Under the pieces are notes generated by a model. It did not search any database. It saw only the letters and a program-made list of their open reading frames with translations, and was not told the DNA's origin. A program made the translations under genes and the position numbers. A DNA stretch of 64,000 nt from Penicillus capitatus (lineage: Eukaryota > Plantae > Chlorophyta), in the NCBI GenBank assembly GCA_965649825.1, contig OZ287699.1, positions 1,456,477-1,520,476 of the forward strand, given 5' to 3'. Below, in pieces: positions 62,649 through 64,000 of the stretch. Position 1 is the first letter of the stretch; every line of letters begins with the position of its first letter.

Positions 62649-63313
62649 GTTCTCCCTTTCAGAAAGGAATAAACCTCCAATCGTTTCACTTTTTTCATTC
62701 TTTTTTCTTGGTTTTGCATTTCTATCATTAAAAGGAGGAACTTGCTCTCAATAAAGGCACAAAAAGAGCAGTGTTTTGTTTGATATTCATTCTTCCTAAC
62801 CCTGAGCCTTAACGAGTGACCCGCTAGAAATCTTTTTACAGCTTTCACAGCTTTGATTTTACGACAAACGACCTCCCGCTCCACATGTTTATTTTTTCTT
62901 TCTTTGTTTGATCTTTGACCACTTCACACTACTACACATCCATCATCTCTCTGACAGGTCCACCATTTGCTCCTCTGTTTCATTATGCGTCTTTCATTTT
63001 CCTGTCCTTCATTAAGAACTGTCTGCGTTCCTTTGGCCGGATGAAGAGAAATAAAGGAGCCAAGGGCTTGCTTGTAGAAGGCTATGCAGACGATGAAGAT
63101 TAAGCTTGATCCCGAATATCCTATCTCGACGCTAATGTCTGTCTTCTTTATCGCATGTAGAAGAAGACAGTGGGAACATGATCCAAGCCCTATTTGTGTA
63201 TTCATGGTGCAGGTTGAATGACTCTACTCTTTCCGAGAGCTGTTCATGTTTCGGTTTCGTATCCTCGAATCGGAAGTCTGTTGTTATGCACCGTGAAATT
63301 TCTGAATAAAACT

Positions 63314-63347
63314 TATCTATCTATCTGTCTATCTGTCTGTCTGTCTG
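63314..63347. repeat. Compound tetranucleotide microsatellite (TATC/TGTC)n
   Basis: tatctatctatctgtctatctgtctgtctgtctg. Confidence 0.8.
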
Positions 63348-64000
63348 ATTGATTTGATGAAACAACAACCATGGCAAATTGATCATCTTATCTGATTTGG
63401 TTACGATTGGATAGAAAAACGATTCCACGATTTCCCTTGAATGCGCTTGCATTTTGAGACAACTCCGTATTGTGTCTGTCAGTCGGTGTGCAGCAACTGG
63501 GGATTTTACTCAATTCTCCTAATAATAATGCAACAACACACTTAATCCTAGGAAGAATGCACCCCATGGCCGGAATAGTACGTTTATGACGAAGCACCAG
63601 TGGTGGCTATATTCTTTACTTGACGAACGCGTCCTTAGAAGATTCAAGTGAATTCACGAACACAAGAATAGAAGAGCAATGGCAGTAATAATCATGCAGC
63701 GTTGATTCCCATCTGCTTTGCTGCATGGCCAGATATACACAAAACAATAAGAAGATGACAAACAAGGCTGTCTATCAAGGTCAAGGGCGCTGCTATGATT
63801 GATCTTTCCGTCGTTATTCTTCTCAACTATGTTTCTGATGTCACTCTTCGTGAAGGGATCCTCATTCCACCAATGAGAAAGCAATTTCAGTTGTCTTCAC
63901 TCACCTGCAGGTATATTTGACATTTTTGTTTGTTTGAATGGCACATGCGCGTGCTAGTGGACTCTCCGCACACATCATCGGTGTCGGTGCTATACTGCGC

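Noticed and set aside
1-64000. Non-standard TAA/TAG=Gln code, as in some ulvophytes
   Set aside because: Well-supported genes end in TAA or TAG (RAP, PAQR, RPA49, CAP, eIF3j, IFT144), and long exons have no in-frame TAR.

Overview
Gene-dense eukaryotic nuclear DNA, roughly balanced in GC. It holds about 29 intron-containing or single-exon protein-coding genes with short introns (mostly 35-85 nt, GT-AG, at least one GC-AG) and very short intergenic gaps. Gene content points to a flagellated green alga: plastid genes (HPT/VTE2, SppA, serine acetyltransferase, PLIP-type lipase), plant-type signalling genes (SnRK2, CDPK, RR-TZF, NADKc, MAP65) and IFT144. TGTAA near several 3' ends suggests Chlorophyta; a compact-genome ulvophyte is a guess, not proven. 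The genetic code is standard. I found no rRNA, tRNA, CRISPR array or clear transposon. The most notable item is a ~1250-1300 aa protein with about 25 consecutive, very regular 39-aa helical repeats (OPR/HPR/FASTK-like but with its own period and no RAP domain). It sits head-to-head with a RAP-domain FASTK-like gene, and the two may form an organellar RNA-processing module. Also notable: a microbial-type PARG (TIGR02452/DUF2263-like), a hidden 57-aa COX14-like gene 47 nt upstream of a PAQR gene, an orphan gene beside a 34-bp minisatellite, and many divergent gene pairs with start codons only 10-130 nt apart. All exon models were built by eye and all homology calls come from remembered motifs, not database searches.
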